Of a DNA stretch of 64,000 bases, positions 1 to 21,861 are shown one piece after another. Within the stretch, counting starts at the first letter, position 1. Every line of letters begins with the position of its first letter. Both the position numbers and the translations under genes were made by a program. Below the pieces are notes generated by a model, which ran no database searches, was not told where the DNA came from, and saw only the letters and a list, made by a program, of their open reading frames with translations. Source of the stretch: Chrysomallon squamiferum (taxonomy: Eukaryota > Animalia > Mollusca); assembly GCA_012295275.1 (NCBI GenBank), contig CM022678.1:4526001-4590000 (forward strand). The letters are read 5' to 3'.

Positions 1-954
1 TTATTAAGCCCTTTCCATTATATTGTTGCTCAAAAAACAACAACAACAACGAGAAACTTAATATTATTAACATTTACTGTGATCAAAGTTTTATTTCTAA
101 ATAGATCATTTTAATAAAATAATATAATTTGTCTTATAATAAAGCGATGTAATGAAATGTTGTGTTGTTTCTGTTTTCGTTGACGTAGTTGTTTTATTGT
201 TATCTGAAACTGGATGTTGTTTGGAGAGCAATGATTGGAATGATATAAAGCATTATAGCTTTTGAAATGCAGTAAATATGAAAATTTTAACTTCTTCTTC
301 TTCTTCTTCTTATTATTATTACTGCTACGTTCTCCAAACTATTCACTTTCTGTTCTTTAACCTATTTTTGACCGTTTTGAAACTACTCCACGTTCGTTCA
401 TTATATGTTTTACAAATTACAAAACACATGAAATAAAATTTTATTTCTCTGCCTTTTGTACGTACGCCTGGTGTCTGCCAGTACTTCTTACGTTTGCTAA
501 AAATAAACGGATTTGCTAATGTTTTTGTCAGCCATTATTAAATGCTGACCGATGACACGTCACAGCAATCTTGCTTCAGTCTTATCGGAAACTTTGAATT
601 AAAATTTTGAACTCGCCAAACCACGAAAAATATCATACCTTCGTTTACAAAAGTACTATGAAATATAGTTGTCAGCTATCTTCTAAATCTGGCATTCGGA
701 TTCGGAGCTGGCATTAACTGGGCCTGATGTGGTTCACGTTTAAGTCAGTTAAGTGTGCGATCAGTGTGTCTAGAACTGTGCAGTTTTCATGTGTGCAACA
801 AATGAATAAGATTTTGAAATACAAGGCTTTCCTTTTTTACCGATTACATTTCTATAAAGTATTGCTGTAACTTTAATGCTACAGGCACTTCCCTTAATAT
901 GACAGTAGTTTTATGATCCAAAACGTATCATATATACATCTGTTTTTTTCTTGT

Positions 955-1171
955 GAAAATAAATGCATAAAGAAAGAAAGAAAGAAAAAGAATGATAATA
1001 ATAAAGATAGAATTTAAAAAAATTGCGGTGTTAAAAACATATGATGGATAAGTTATGAAAATAAATGCATAAAGAAAAAATAATGATAATAATAAGAAAG
1101 AATTTAAAAAATGGCGATGTTAATAATAAGAAAGAATTTAAAAAATGGCGATGTTAAAAACATATGATGGA
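955..1171. repeat. Imperfect tandem duplication (~100-bp unit with an internal ~35-bp re-duplication)
   Basis: gaaaataaatgcataaaga...aatttaaaaaatggcgatgttaa...aacatatgatgga occurs twice in tandem. Confidence 0.8.
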
Positions 1172-1657
1172 TTGATTACATTGATTCAGTTCACTGACTA
1201 ATGCCGATGGGTGTGATCAGTGACGTCATCACGATTTGGTGGACGGGACAAAGGTGAAGAGGTCGACTATAGGGACAGAGACAGTGATACTGAACCAAAT
1301 TGTCAGTCAGCCAAACATTTAAATTGAATGTCACCTGGAGTTCGGTGACTTTTATTTATTTTTGGATTTTTAAAAAAAAAATTATTTTGTTTTGTTTTTT
1401 TGTCGATTTCTTTAATGAATCTTTATATATGGTTTTTTGTTTGTTCAGTTAAGACATGACTTTTAAATAAACTTTGCAATAAATATCAAAATACGCAACA
1501 TACCTCTGTGCTGAATCACTAATATAAATTATAATTAAAACAAATATTCAAATATATGCCCTAGCAATTCATCCATTGGGGTATTGTTATTCATCTTACT
1601 ATAGAATAACAGACATTCGCATGAAAAAAAAAAAAGATATAAAAATAAGGAAAATAA

Positions 1658-1739
<82 letters not shown>

Positions 1740-2043
1740 TAATTATTATTTTTAGATTTAATGATTCCGCGTTATATTACTGTGATATGGATCAAAGCTC
1801 CTAGGAGATACGAACAACAAACAAATCGTGTAGAAAAAAAAAATAAAAAAACACCTAAAAAAAACCCCATACAAATTAATCACCAAAACAAGAAAGCAAC
1901 GTAAATAAAGAATAAAAAAAGGTGATATATTTCAAGTTTGTGTACTAGTGAACACTACAGATCTTCTATACATTGGTAATGCTATACCTTTCATGTGGGT
2001 GGGGGGAAAGCATGCTCTTTAAACAAAATTTGTGAAACATTAC

Positions 2044-2097
2044 CTTGAATGAAAGACTTCGGTAAATCTTCCCAGCCATCAATCACAATGGAACATT
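2044..2097 (-). other. Candidate 54-nt exon of an unidentified gene running off the left edge (possible start MAGKIYRSLSFK)
   Basis: Minus strand reads TTTTTCTTTTACAG|AATG...TTCAAG|GTAATG, with a strong acceptor and donor. ATG at 2079 gives 12 codons ending in phase 0. No homology recognised. Confidence 0.4.
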
Positions 2098-2853
2098 CTG
2101 TAAAAGAAAAACCGCCCAGCGCCTGTTGTGAAGAGTCCGCAATGACGTCATAATGGAACAATTGTGAATACGTCATACTTGTTTGATTGACGTAACGAAC
2201 AAAGGCAGTCTCTTCACGTTCGATAATGCATTCTGAATACCGGCGTCATGCAAGGTAGGAAACAATTTCTTAAATTTTCTTTCTTTAGCCCAGACTACTA
2301 GTTTAAAAGGCTTTTGTGTTTCTTTCCCTCTGTGTGAAACAAGAATGTGAAAGGTCCATTGCTGCTAACTGATGACTAACTAATGGCTTAGCGTCTGCGA
2401 TTATCTTCTTACGTCATCTTTTGAAAAATATTGACCTAATCACCTTTATTTTATTTTAATAATACCAATAACAGCAATAACAACGACAATAATTATTATT
2501 ATTATTATCACCTTCCTTCCTTCTATTAGGAATATTAAAAACAGAAGAAAAAAAAAAGAGATAGTTTTTCATTTCTTTATTTACAAAAGTTTGTAATCAT
2601 TTTCATTACATGCATAATGACGTAGTGACATCGTCGCTTAATTTCAATGATTATTATTATAATTTTTCGTGTTTTTTTTTTTTTTTTTTTCTTTTTCAGT
2701 GGGGATGTATTTTAACATCATGAATATATTTTTATTCATTAAACAGGTAACAACAAACTGATTAGACGAATGCCTAAGAAAATCAGTTTTCATAAATTAA
2801 TTGCACGTGAGGCAATAAATTCACCCCCCCTTTTCTATTAAAGCAATAACAAT

Positions 2854-2907
<54 letters not shown>

Positions 2908-3248
2908 AAAGAAACAATAAAAAAATCATTATCACAATGAAAATGATTTAAAATAATGTATAAATTTAATTTTAAATATTAAAATATTTGATTCACTGTT
3001 ATATTTTAATACATTCTTTTCTTCTTCTTCTGCATCTTATCGAATTGCAACCGACAATGCAAACTCTTTATGTGATGTCTAAAAGACCACTAACAATTTT
3101 GTTTTACGTGTATTGGACGCAACAAAATACACGTATTTTTCTTCCATACAAAAAATATTGCACAAATAATGCACTGGTTTGGCAACGAACACAAAAACGT
3201 GTTGATCTCTTCAAACAGCTAGGACACACAAAAAAAATAAAATAATAA

Positions 3249-3279
<31 letters not shown>

Positions 3280-4407
3280 CAATAAAATAATTATATAAAT
3301 AAAAATAAAAACGTTTGTTATTTCATCTAAAAAAAAATATATTAGGTACAAGAAAGAATGTCTTAATCAGAAAAGATATAAAATCAAATTACCCAAATCT
3401 GAAATAAGCATAGTGTGTGTGTGTGTGTGTCCTGTTAAATAAGAAAACAAGAAATAACAATCAGCTATACTGATCCTTCTTAGTAGTCTTATTCTTCTAC
3501 CTAACTTTATTGTTAGTACAGGTTGAAATCGAGTAACTGAACAACTTGGATGTGCAGAAAATATATAAACTCAAATCGTAATTAAATACCACTGTCTTAT
3601 TCCACAAATTAGTATTACACTTGACAATGTTACAATCAGCATATATTAACTATTAGAAGTGAGTACACACAGTAAATACGAGTATCTAAATATATTATAT
3701 TGCAATGATTTACTGATCTGGTTACATTCATAATTATACTATTTTTTACAATTATTTTTGTTATATTTGTTCTTCTAATCTAATTTCTTATGATTAAAGT
3801 TATGATTTAAAATTAAAAAAAAAAAAAAAAAAAAAAAAATCGTTAAATTTTACATCATTATCAATATATATATATACTCTTCAAAAAATAAAAAATTAAG
3901 GGAACTTGGATAAGAATTTTCAACTGATAAAACTGTAAAAAATAGTTGTTACCTGCGGGGAATGGTTATATGATAATAGTATGTCAACTGGACTAACATT
4001 ATAACTGCTAGTTTAATATTACAGTAGGTTTTATGACCACCAAACGATCTTGAAGGACAATTGGGCTCAGAATTGGAATTTGAAAATTAATCGTTTATTT
4101 TTAATCAGTAATGGATGACACTACCATAATGTATAAAACACTGAATCAGTTGATTAGTCATTCTGAGCATGAGTCTGCCAATGGCCATTTCAGCGAATCT
4201 GACCACGTGACCAGTAATGTGGTCATCAGTATTTGACACTGACGGGCAAAATTTTCCCTTTCATGTCCTCGACTCGTTCATCGGGGGGGGGAAAGGGTCA
4301 ATAAACAGAGATGAACGTTGTTTTGCCAGGATGTATCTGACAAAACACATGTTCAGTATAATAGTCGAATCTTATCCTTGATGTTAACATTAACAGTTCA
4401 GGTTTCC

Positions 4408-4445
<38 letters not shown>

Positions 4446-6143
4446 AAGAGTATGTTATTTACTAAAGTGCCCCTTGCAGTGTGTTGAAAGCATCTTAGGA
4501 GCAATTATGTTTCTAAATTTAAAAATACGTAATATAAAATAAAATAAAATAAAATAAAATAAATAACGATAATAATGATGATGATGAAAAGGTCATGGTA
4601 TGCACTGAAAGGTTGCTTACAGTAATTTTTTAAAAGCAGGCTGACTGTTTCTGTTCTAATTTAATTATTATAAAAAATAACAGACCAATAAATAAGTGTA
4701 AGCATAACCTTGTGTCAAAATCAAATAACCAAAATTTAAATGATTTCTGTAAGTATAAAACGTGCGGTTATGTTATTAAATATAATATTCATTCATTCAT
4801 TCATACGGTTAGTTATTATTCATGTTATTTTTTTTATTTTTTTTATTTTTCACTTTTCTTTCTGCCAATCACAGATGAGAATTAACTGTTAAAGACTAGA
4901 TACAGCTGAATATATTAATAATCTAGTGATCAATATTAAATATTATTATTAGGGTTATTTTACAAATTAAAATTAATTTAATAACAGTAGAAGCAATTCA
5001 AAAATAATAAAAAGCAATAATAAAAAAAAAAAAAAAAAAAAAATTAATAATTAAAAAAAAAAAAAGGTTATACACTGACAACTCTCACTACACCATTTTG
5101 TACAAGCAAACTTGCTGCATATTAAATAATTACATTGCTATGGTAACCTAATACTAAGAAGTTAAATATATCTGGTATGGTATAAAAATTATACATGATA
5201 CAGCAAATATAACATTCTTCAAAGCAAAACACATGTTGCTGTTAAGTACTGAATAAATATGATAAAAAAGTAATACAAATATTATAATACATTCCTCGAT
5301 GTAAATATGTTTGTAGGCCTTTTGTAGTATACAAGTAAATATTATAAACGGTGTATCAAGTTTTAAATGAATAATAAATTATAAATTTTAAAGCAAGCAA
5401 TCTTAAGGCAGTGATTTGCACATATAATGATTTTATAAAGGAAAACAAAAACAAAACCAGAAGAGGAAAACAAACAAATAAAAAAAAAAAAAAATAATAA
5501 CATTTTAAATGCATTCACCATTATTAATTTTAGCTGCATACAATGATAACCAATGTGAATTATTGTTTTAAACAAAACTAAATTAAAAAAAAAAACAAAC
5601 TTTTTTTCCTTAAAAAGTAATAAAAGAAAATGATAATAATGGAGTAGACACATTAACAACAGTATTGGGCTAGACAAAAATCATAGGTGCGACAGTTTAA
5701 AAAAAATAAAAAAAAAATTAAAATAAAATAAAATAAAAAATGTAGTAACAATGATGATGATATTTTCAAAGTAGAATGATTTTTATGAATACTTACAATG
5801 ATTTGAGAAACTAAAAATAATCAAGGTAAAAACATAATTTCTGGCACATACATAATGTACAATTTTCAAAATCAAAGGCACTTGGTTAGTTAATGAAAAT
5901 GCAGATACAAAAATTACTTGTGCTGTAATTAAAAAGTGAAAATGTTTTCTTGTGGCAGTGAAATACAGAGTAAGTATTTAAAGAAATTAATACATACAAA
6001 AATCAAAATCATCAAATTAAAAAATAAAAGAAAATATTAACAGTAAAATAAGAATAATCATTATCTTATAGCCAAAAATATTTATTGCAGTGCAAAGCTG
6101 CATATAAAAATATAATTCAAGAATTTAATATTGGAAAATAATT

Positions 6144-6174
<31 letters not shown>

Positions 6175-8519
6175 AAATCCTCCATTACAAGTATGTACAT
6201 GTAACAATAGTGCTATAATTTATAAAATTAATTTAAAAAAAAAATAATTGCCCCAGATACAACTAATAATATATTTCAAGCATGGCAGTGATACTCAGTA
6301 AAAATCTACAAACACAAACATACAAATATAAATAAAAACAGCACCTTTTAGCTGAACACTGATACATAACAAATACATTCGATGTCTCACAAACAAGTAT
6401 TATCATTAAAGTGCAACACTTGTGTACAAATAGCAAAATTATATTCTGTATATTTCTAAGTTATTATTAAAGTGAATCTATGCAAATTATAAATTTTTCT
6501 CGATAAAGTTTTACTGGTAGAGATTAGAAATGCAAACCAGCATCCCAAATAAATTTTTAAAACCCTGAAGATATTTTTTTTAAATAATCTTTAATAATAA
6601 TAAAGTTTAACAATATCTGAAAAATTTCTTCTTCAGGATTTTTAAATACTTATGCATGTTCACATTCATTGAAAAATATGAAATGACAATCTTGATGTAG
6701 CTTTTACTGTTTGTTATTTTAACTGTCATACTTTGTTATTATTAAAGGTTGGGCTATAGTTAGATATAAAAATTATTTGGGAGTATATCTAAAGCATCCG
6801 TTGGTACATTTTAGATGAAAAAATCTACCACAGGAAAGACAGCGAAATGAATTCATATACTTTAAGAATGAAAAACAAAAAGCTGCAAAATACAAAATAC
6901 AAAAAAATCTTTTTTAAAGCATACAGAAAATACTTAGGCTATTTGTGCATATCACAAAGTGCTCTTTATTTATTCGTGCAGGAAGGTTTCTGAAGTTGTT
7001 ATGATAACATTTGGTCCCATTTTGGAAGAACAAATACGATATTCAAATTTCAAGAAACACTTACATCAGTGTCTCGAAAGTATATCCTATTTGTTAAAAC
7101 TGCATTAAGTACACGTATTAAGTACATTTATTTAAGCAGAAAGATTTCATATCAAAAATATTCTTTTTAAACAACATTTGGTCCCTCGTTGTGAAAAGAA
7201 CAAACTTGATGAAGAAAACAAAGCAACAATTTTTGTTTATATCATAACAAGTGTAAACAATGAAATATAAAAATAAACATCTCTGTCCTGATTAAAACAA
7301 GGCACATGACTGGCAGTGAGTTTTCATATTTTTGCTTAAATATTGCATCATTTCACCTAGACACTCCATGTATTTTGTTTTCAAAATGTCTATTAACCTA
7401 CATTACAACATCCACACAACATATTCTTTTACTTTTAAAACTAAACACAACATCAAGCATTCAGCACATTACTACTTTCAGATCCAAAATATAGTCCTTT
7501 ACATTATTTTAAAAAAATAAAAAAAAATAATTAAAAAAAATAATAATAAAGAGGGGTAACAAATATTAATTTTAATATAGTAATAATAATAATGATAATG
7601 ATAATAATTTTAAAAATAATTCACTCAGATTATTATTTAAAAAAAAAAAAAAAATTTAAATTAAAAATTAATATAAAAAAAAAATTATTGTAATGTTATC
7701 ATCATACATTTCAGATCTGAAATTCACACCAAATCATGCATATCCCATACTGACTTATAAAACCAACTGATCCATCTAGGTCCTTCTAACACTACATTTG
7801 TAAGTAGAAATATACTTAAATTAATATCATACACATGTATTAAATATCAAATTAATAACAATGGAAATAAAATGAGGCAGACTGCAAAAAAAAAAAAATA
7901 TATTTATACAACTTCTTTTTATGTACCATTTAACAGGTATTATTATCATTATTGTTTTTTTTTAAATTAATAAAAATAAAAATAAAATAATGAATAATAA
8001 TTAATATGTAACAAGTTTTTATAATGGTACATCATTTAAGTCTGACAAGTTTCCATGGCAACATCAAATTTTTCTCTTTAATGCATTTATAACAATGGTT
8101 CCCAAAACTGACTATTTTAAATTCTGCCCCCATTATGAGGTCTGTGTAATTTTATGAGACAGCAATATAGATTTAATTAGCCTTATTTTTCAGTTACAGT
8201 AATGGGAAAAAAAATAAGAAGATATGTTTAGGAATCTATCGATCTATTAGGTGTCGAGTACCTTTTTAATCTGTTCAGAGTTACTTTTTCCTTTGTTTGT
8301 TATTTTTTTTAAAATTTTTTTTTAAATAATTTTATAATTTTCAGTCACGATTTGGAATTTGTTTCGTAAGAGTATAGATATAGTACACTAACAACGAACA
8401 TATACAACATATGTGAAAACTACGTCCACAACAACAGCTAAATGAAAACAACAGTAAACAAAGCACTATAACGAGCAAACGGGTACAAATGTCTGGAAGT
8501 AGTAATATAAGAAAAATAT

Positions 8520-8563
<44 letters not shown>

Positions 8564-8730
8564 CTTTCTCTTTCTTTTTTTTTTTCTGAAAAATAAAGGC
8601 CAATAAACTCAGAAACCGAAATGAAAAAAATAAATAAATACAAATTTAAAAATTTATAAAAAAAACAATGGATTAAGTTAAAAAAATAAAATATATATAT
8701 ATATATATATATATTAGCGTGTACTAGAAA

Positions 8731-16749
<8,019 letters not shown>

Positions 16750-17065
16750 AATTCTGATTTATTTTCACGTTTTCGAAGCACGGTACACGACGTCCCACAA
16801 TGTCCTCAACTTCCCCCCTTTGTTTTGGTTTACTTCCGTTCGCACCCCTCTCTTCATATATACGAAAAATCTACTTAATACGGCCTGCACGAAAGAAAAT
16901 AATCACATATGCTAAACACATAAATGTTCCAACATGCGGACAACCTAAAATATGGCTGCAGAATCAAAAGGGAATCAAAGATGAAGAAGATTTTTTCACT
17001 AGGTCACCAGATGAGGATACGATTATTTCGCCTCACTATTAGTCATAACAAAGCATTTAAGAGTG

Positions 17066-17089
17066 TGGCGCGAAATCGTATTTCCCGCG
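17066..17089. promoter_or_regulatory. Pair of E2F binding sites upstream of the E2F gene
   Basis: TGGCGCGAAA (= TTTCGCGCCA on minus) at 17066-17075 and TTTCCCGCG at 17081-17089, ~320 bp upstream of the ATG. Confidence 0.7.
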
Positions 17090-17938
17090 ATTTGACATTG
17101 GATCAAAAAGCCCTGATCATGCATAATTAATAGTTGACGCATTCCTTTATTTTTATTGCATGAAGGAGGAACAATATTTTTCAAAAACCAATCATGTAGT
17201 ATCATGAAACAGCATTAATTAGATAGCAGTAACAAATCAATATACATATCTGCAGAAAAACGTCTGTTCAAAGGAAAACAACAGTGAATCCATGAACAGG
17301 GCAAGTCATTCATTCCCAGCGGCAAGATGAAAGGAGAGATCAAAGAGAAGTGAAATATTGAACTACGAATACATTAAATTTCTTGGTATTAAAATAGCAA
17401 GACAAGGTAAAACAAATTTTAAGTAATTGACTATCACAACATTCTTCGCTTTATTTTGTAATGTATGAAATTTAAATATAAATATATAATACTAAAACAT
17501 TTTTGCAAAAAAGAAAAACAGAAAGGAAACAAATGACACTGAAGTTATTTAATTTCTAAACTAAATCTAGGGGAGGGAAAAGAGAGAAAGAAATAGAAAT
17601 AAAATAAATATCCTCTTAATATGAATGAAAAATTAATAAATTAATAGTAAAAACAAAACCTGTAGTAATTTTTTCTTTTTCTTTTATTCGTTATTATCGC
17701 TATTATTGTTATTATTATTTCTTTTTCTTTTTCTAATAATTAGTAATAGCGCAAGATATAACTTTTGTTCTCATAGTTGCAATATTACACTAAGAGTTTA
17801 GGTTTAATTATAACGGCGAATAGGAATGTTTCTCTCACGACATTAAAAATGCAATTCCTTCGTCTATTTTTACTTGTCTCTTGCACCTGTCGCCTGCTGT
17901 CGGGCTGGTTTAGAATCTTACACAATGACCTCTGTTCG

Positions 17939-17970
17939 CACGTGAGGTCAAGCGTCCGGGTCAAAGGTCA
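17939..17970. promoter_or_regulatory. E-box plus nuclear-receptor half-site and DR1 element
   Basis: CACGTG-AGGTCA at 17939-17950 and GGGTCA-A-AGGTCA (DR1) at 17958-17970, inside a locally GC-rich island. Confidence 0.45.
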
Positions 17971-18153
17971 GCCAGTGTTTGACATTTCCCCAAGAATGTT
18001 TGGCTTTCATGTCACGTGATACCATGTACCTTCGGTAACAATTCACCTCATTTTGACCTGGACATAATATGTAAATAATAGCCACTGCATTTTGTAAACA
18101 CGCGTCTTGAATTCCGTGTGTCCTTGTAACAGAGAGAGAAGGGTAGAATAAGA

Positions 18154-18240
<87 letters not shown>

Positions 18241-18652
18241 CAAAACATGCTTCATCTGTGCAGATAATAAATAAATAAATAAATAAGCAATAATTAGCCC
18301 ATTGAAATGTAAATATTAACAGTTAGTTATTTTACATTTTTAAAGTGGAACTTTCGTGAGATGAACAAATGTCCGGCATGTTTCTATAGTTGTGACGTCA
18401 TCGCATAGCTTGAAAAGCCCCCCTACAAATAATAATAAAAAAATAATAAAACAAATAATATATATATATATTAAATAATTAAATGAATGAATGAATAAAA
18501 AGAAAAGGAAGTAACAAAGTGAGAATAAAAAACAAAAAACAAATGATAAAACAAAATTCAGGGCTCTTTATATGAGCCACCTCTCTCAGTTACAAGGGCA
18601 CATTGAATTTCACTGTTAAAATAGCAGGTGTTTGTGAAATAGGGAACAATAA

Positions 18653-18745
<93 letters not shown>

Positions 18746-19078
18746 ATACAACTGTGCTCATTTTAGGGGTATATCGGTATTTTACTTTCCAAGGATTAGA
18801 GGTTCTTTTATTTCATTTTATTCATCATCATCATCACTACTACTACTATTACTACTACTCGTATTATTATGGTCTGTAAAAACAGAAATGAACATTTTTT
18901 ATTTATTTTTTTATCTCGAGGCTTTCGCTACTATTGTTTAACTGATTTATTTTTGAGAGCTACAAGTGACTTTGTCGTCACGAAAGAAAACAAAAAACAA
19001 AAAAAACAAACAACAACAAAACTATAACCAGATACCGTCAGCATTGAAATACACTGTAACTGTTCCGTTTTATTTCCA

Positions 19079-19116
<38 letters not shown>

Positions 19117-19554
19117 TATGTTGAAAGTTTAGAGAATATACTGAAACCATATTTGTTCGGACCATCTAATTTAGCTCTAAATATTTTTTAATTTTCAAAA
19201 TAATAAATGAATATATAAATAAATAAATAAATCATAAATAAAGAAATAAATAAACAAATAATTACACAAATATATAGGCAAGTTATATCAAAAAAAAAAA
19301 AAAAAAAAAAAAAAAAGAAGAAGAAGAAAAAAAAAGAACCTTCAGAATAATTAAAGAATAAAATAAAATGAAAGAAAATAAATAACTGACGTTAATTGTA
19401 AGAATAACAGGTGAAAAAATTAATAATTTTACATTATTGCTGCTAATGGGAAATAATCTAATTAAAGGCATAAAATAAAATACCGTTAGTGAAATGCTCC
19501 ACATATAATTATCATTCCTGCAGTTAGGCTAATGGTTCCTTCTTCAAGTCACGC

Positions 19555-19586
<32 letters not shown>

Positions 19587-19689
19587 GATGAAAGAAACGA
19601 AATAAAAATCAATATTTTACACAGGTATTTTAAAAGAAAAAACCACTTTATTAATGAAAACTGAGCCGACTGTTTTAATTCAGCACAAA

Positions 19690-19880
19690 GGAGTCGACAG
19701 CTGCACGCGACGGTCACGCGAATTTCATTGCAGATCAGCTGTTCCAGATGGCAGCGAATTTTTGGCGGGAATCAAACAAAGCACGCGCATACGCGTTCGT
19801 CTGCACGCATCCAGATGTTGCTGATGCTCTGGTCTCGTCTGCTCAACTACGAGAGAACGCACCGGTCAGGTCGTGCACCA
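19690..19880. promoter_or_regulatory. CpG-rich distal element with an E2F site
   Basis: Dense CGCG/CpG. TTTTTGGCGGGAA at 19759-19771, CTCF-like CCAGATGGCAGC at 19744-19755, two CGTCTGC motifs. Confidence 0.5.
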
Positions 19881-21847
19881 GCCTTCTGTAAAATCTAAAT
19901 AAATTATAAAAGCGAAAGCTTTCTAAATGAAAGCATTGTTATAATTTTAGGGAGCTTTTTTTTTTTTTTTTTTTTTTCTTCTTTTTTTCCCACCTTCGAT
20001 TGTTGCTCTAAAGTGCTGAAAGTAACAGTGAATAAATATTTATGTTTAGTGTTTTCTTTCATACTTGCACGTATTTCAGAAACGTTCAGAAACTATTTTT
20101 TTTTTATTATTATTTTAATTTTATACCTTACACGAATATATATTAATTTCTAAAATTTTCTTGTTGAAATTATCGTCATCTTTGTTCCGAGTTATTCTAA
20201 ACAAAAGGTGTACCTTTGACGATACAACGAAACAGCATAAAAGTATTTTGCATATTTCCTAATTATATTATTATTTAATTTTTTAGTTATTTATTATTAT
20301 TTTTGCGACCAATCTTTATTAATAACAAAGAGAAAAAAAAAAAAAAAAAAATGTTTGCTTCTTGTTCAAGAAAAAAAAAAAAAAAAAAAAAAATGGTCAG
20401 CTATATACGTAATGACGTCACGACTTCAGTTGTGAAATCAAAAAAAAAACAAAACAAAAAAAAACAAGAAAAAAGACATTATTATTATTATCATCATCAT
20501 CATCATCATAATCATTATTATATCATTAATTCATATAGCCATAGGTACAGTTCTAGGGTGAGACATTTTTTTGCAAAGGATACAGTGTTTCCTTTGACAG
20601 TGGTCATCATCTTGGTGAAATTGTGCTTTACTAAAACTATACGGTTACAGAAAACAAGATTTCTGCCAATACATGATATATATATATTCTTTATTTTATA
20701 CAATATACTGTACAGAATAATAAAGAAATAGTATTTCTTATGTAATATCATATAACAAAAGCAGAAAATTGATAAAGACGAAAGACTATAACTGTACAAC
20801 TTCAACTGTACTGCCATATTTATATGTGTGTGTGTGTGTGTGTGTGTAATGATATATTTATGCATATATCTGTGTGAAGCATTAAATACCGTAGCAACTC
20901 GTATTTTGTAATATATATCTAATAATGCATATATTACAAATGTTTGCTATAAGAACGCTTAGATCAATCATAATATTTATTATGGTTATGTATGCCTTTG
21001 TATGTTGTGCATGATTATAGTCATATATGTACTAAAATATGCAGGTATGCAGAAATAACATTGTGTTTGTAAGAAAAGATGTATATTCCAATATAATTTT
21101 TCTTTCTATTATAAAAATATGATGAATTTAAAATCACAGCATATTGTGAGCAATTGTTACACTTATTTTGTTACAAAACTGTTAAAAAAAGAAAAAAAAA
21201 AAAAGAAAAAAAAGAAGGAAAATGATCAAAACATTAAACGTTTTACAACACATGATTTTGTTAGAAGCAATCTAAAGAGGATTAGGTGATTCAATGTAAC
21301 ACCACTATACTTCTTTAACAAACAAACTAATAAATAAATAAATAAATAAATAAATAAAACTAAAAAAGAAATAACAAAATTATCTACGTTAAGAAGCCTT
21401 TATTCGGAATGCTTGGGACCAAATGATTTTGGAGTATAAGTTATGAGACTAGAATCTGCGTCTAAATATGAATTCCATTTATTTATCATATACAGCTTAC
21501 GCAGATAGACAGCATGATTTTTAAATAATATTCTTAATAATTCTGTGCATAAAATATGGTTTGTATATGAAAAAGAGTCCAAAAACTGTAAGATATTATT
21601 ATTTCTACTGCTCAGAAAAGGTTTTGGATTTCAGAATTATGGATAAGGGAACATTATTATTGCAAAGGCGAGGTTTAGAAATAAGCCAAATAAACAGTAG
21701 ATTAGAGTTCTGTATCCTGAAGGGACCTCTCAAAACTTTACTTCTAATTTAATTCTGCCTTTGTTTTACAAATCTAGTCACTAGATTAGTATCTATACAA
21801 ATGCAATTTGTATTAATTCTCTGCAGTATTAATGCGAGCTAATTTTG

Positions 21848-21861
21848 GCTCCACCTGGTGG
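21848..21861 (-). promoter_or_regulatory. CTCF-like site
   Basis: Minus strand CCACCAGGTGGAGC, one mismatch from the CCACCAGGTGGCGC core. Lies between the peflin 3' end and the E2F upstream region. Confidence 0.4.

Noticed and set aside
5000-8730. Pumilio-element cluster in the putative long E2F 3' UTR
   Set aside because: Only one clear UGUACAUA (6192-6199) was seen, which is expected by chance in AT-rich DNA, and the UTR end is unknown.
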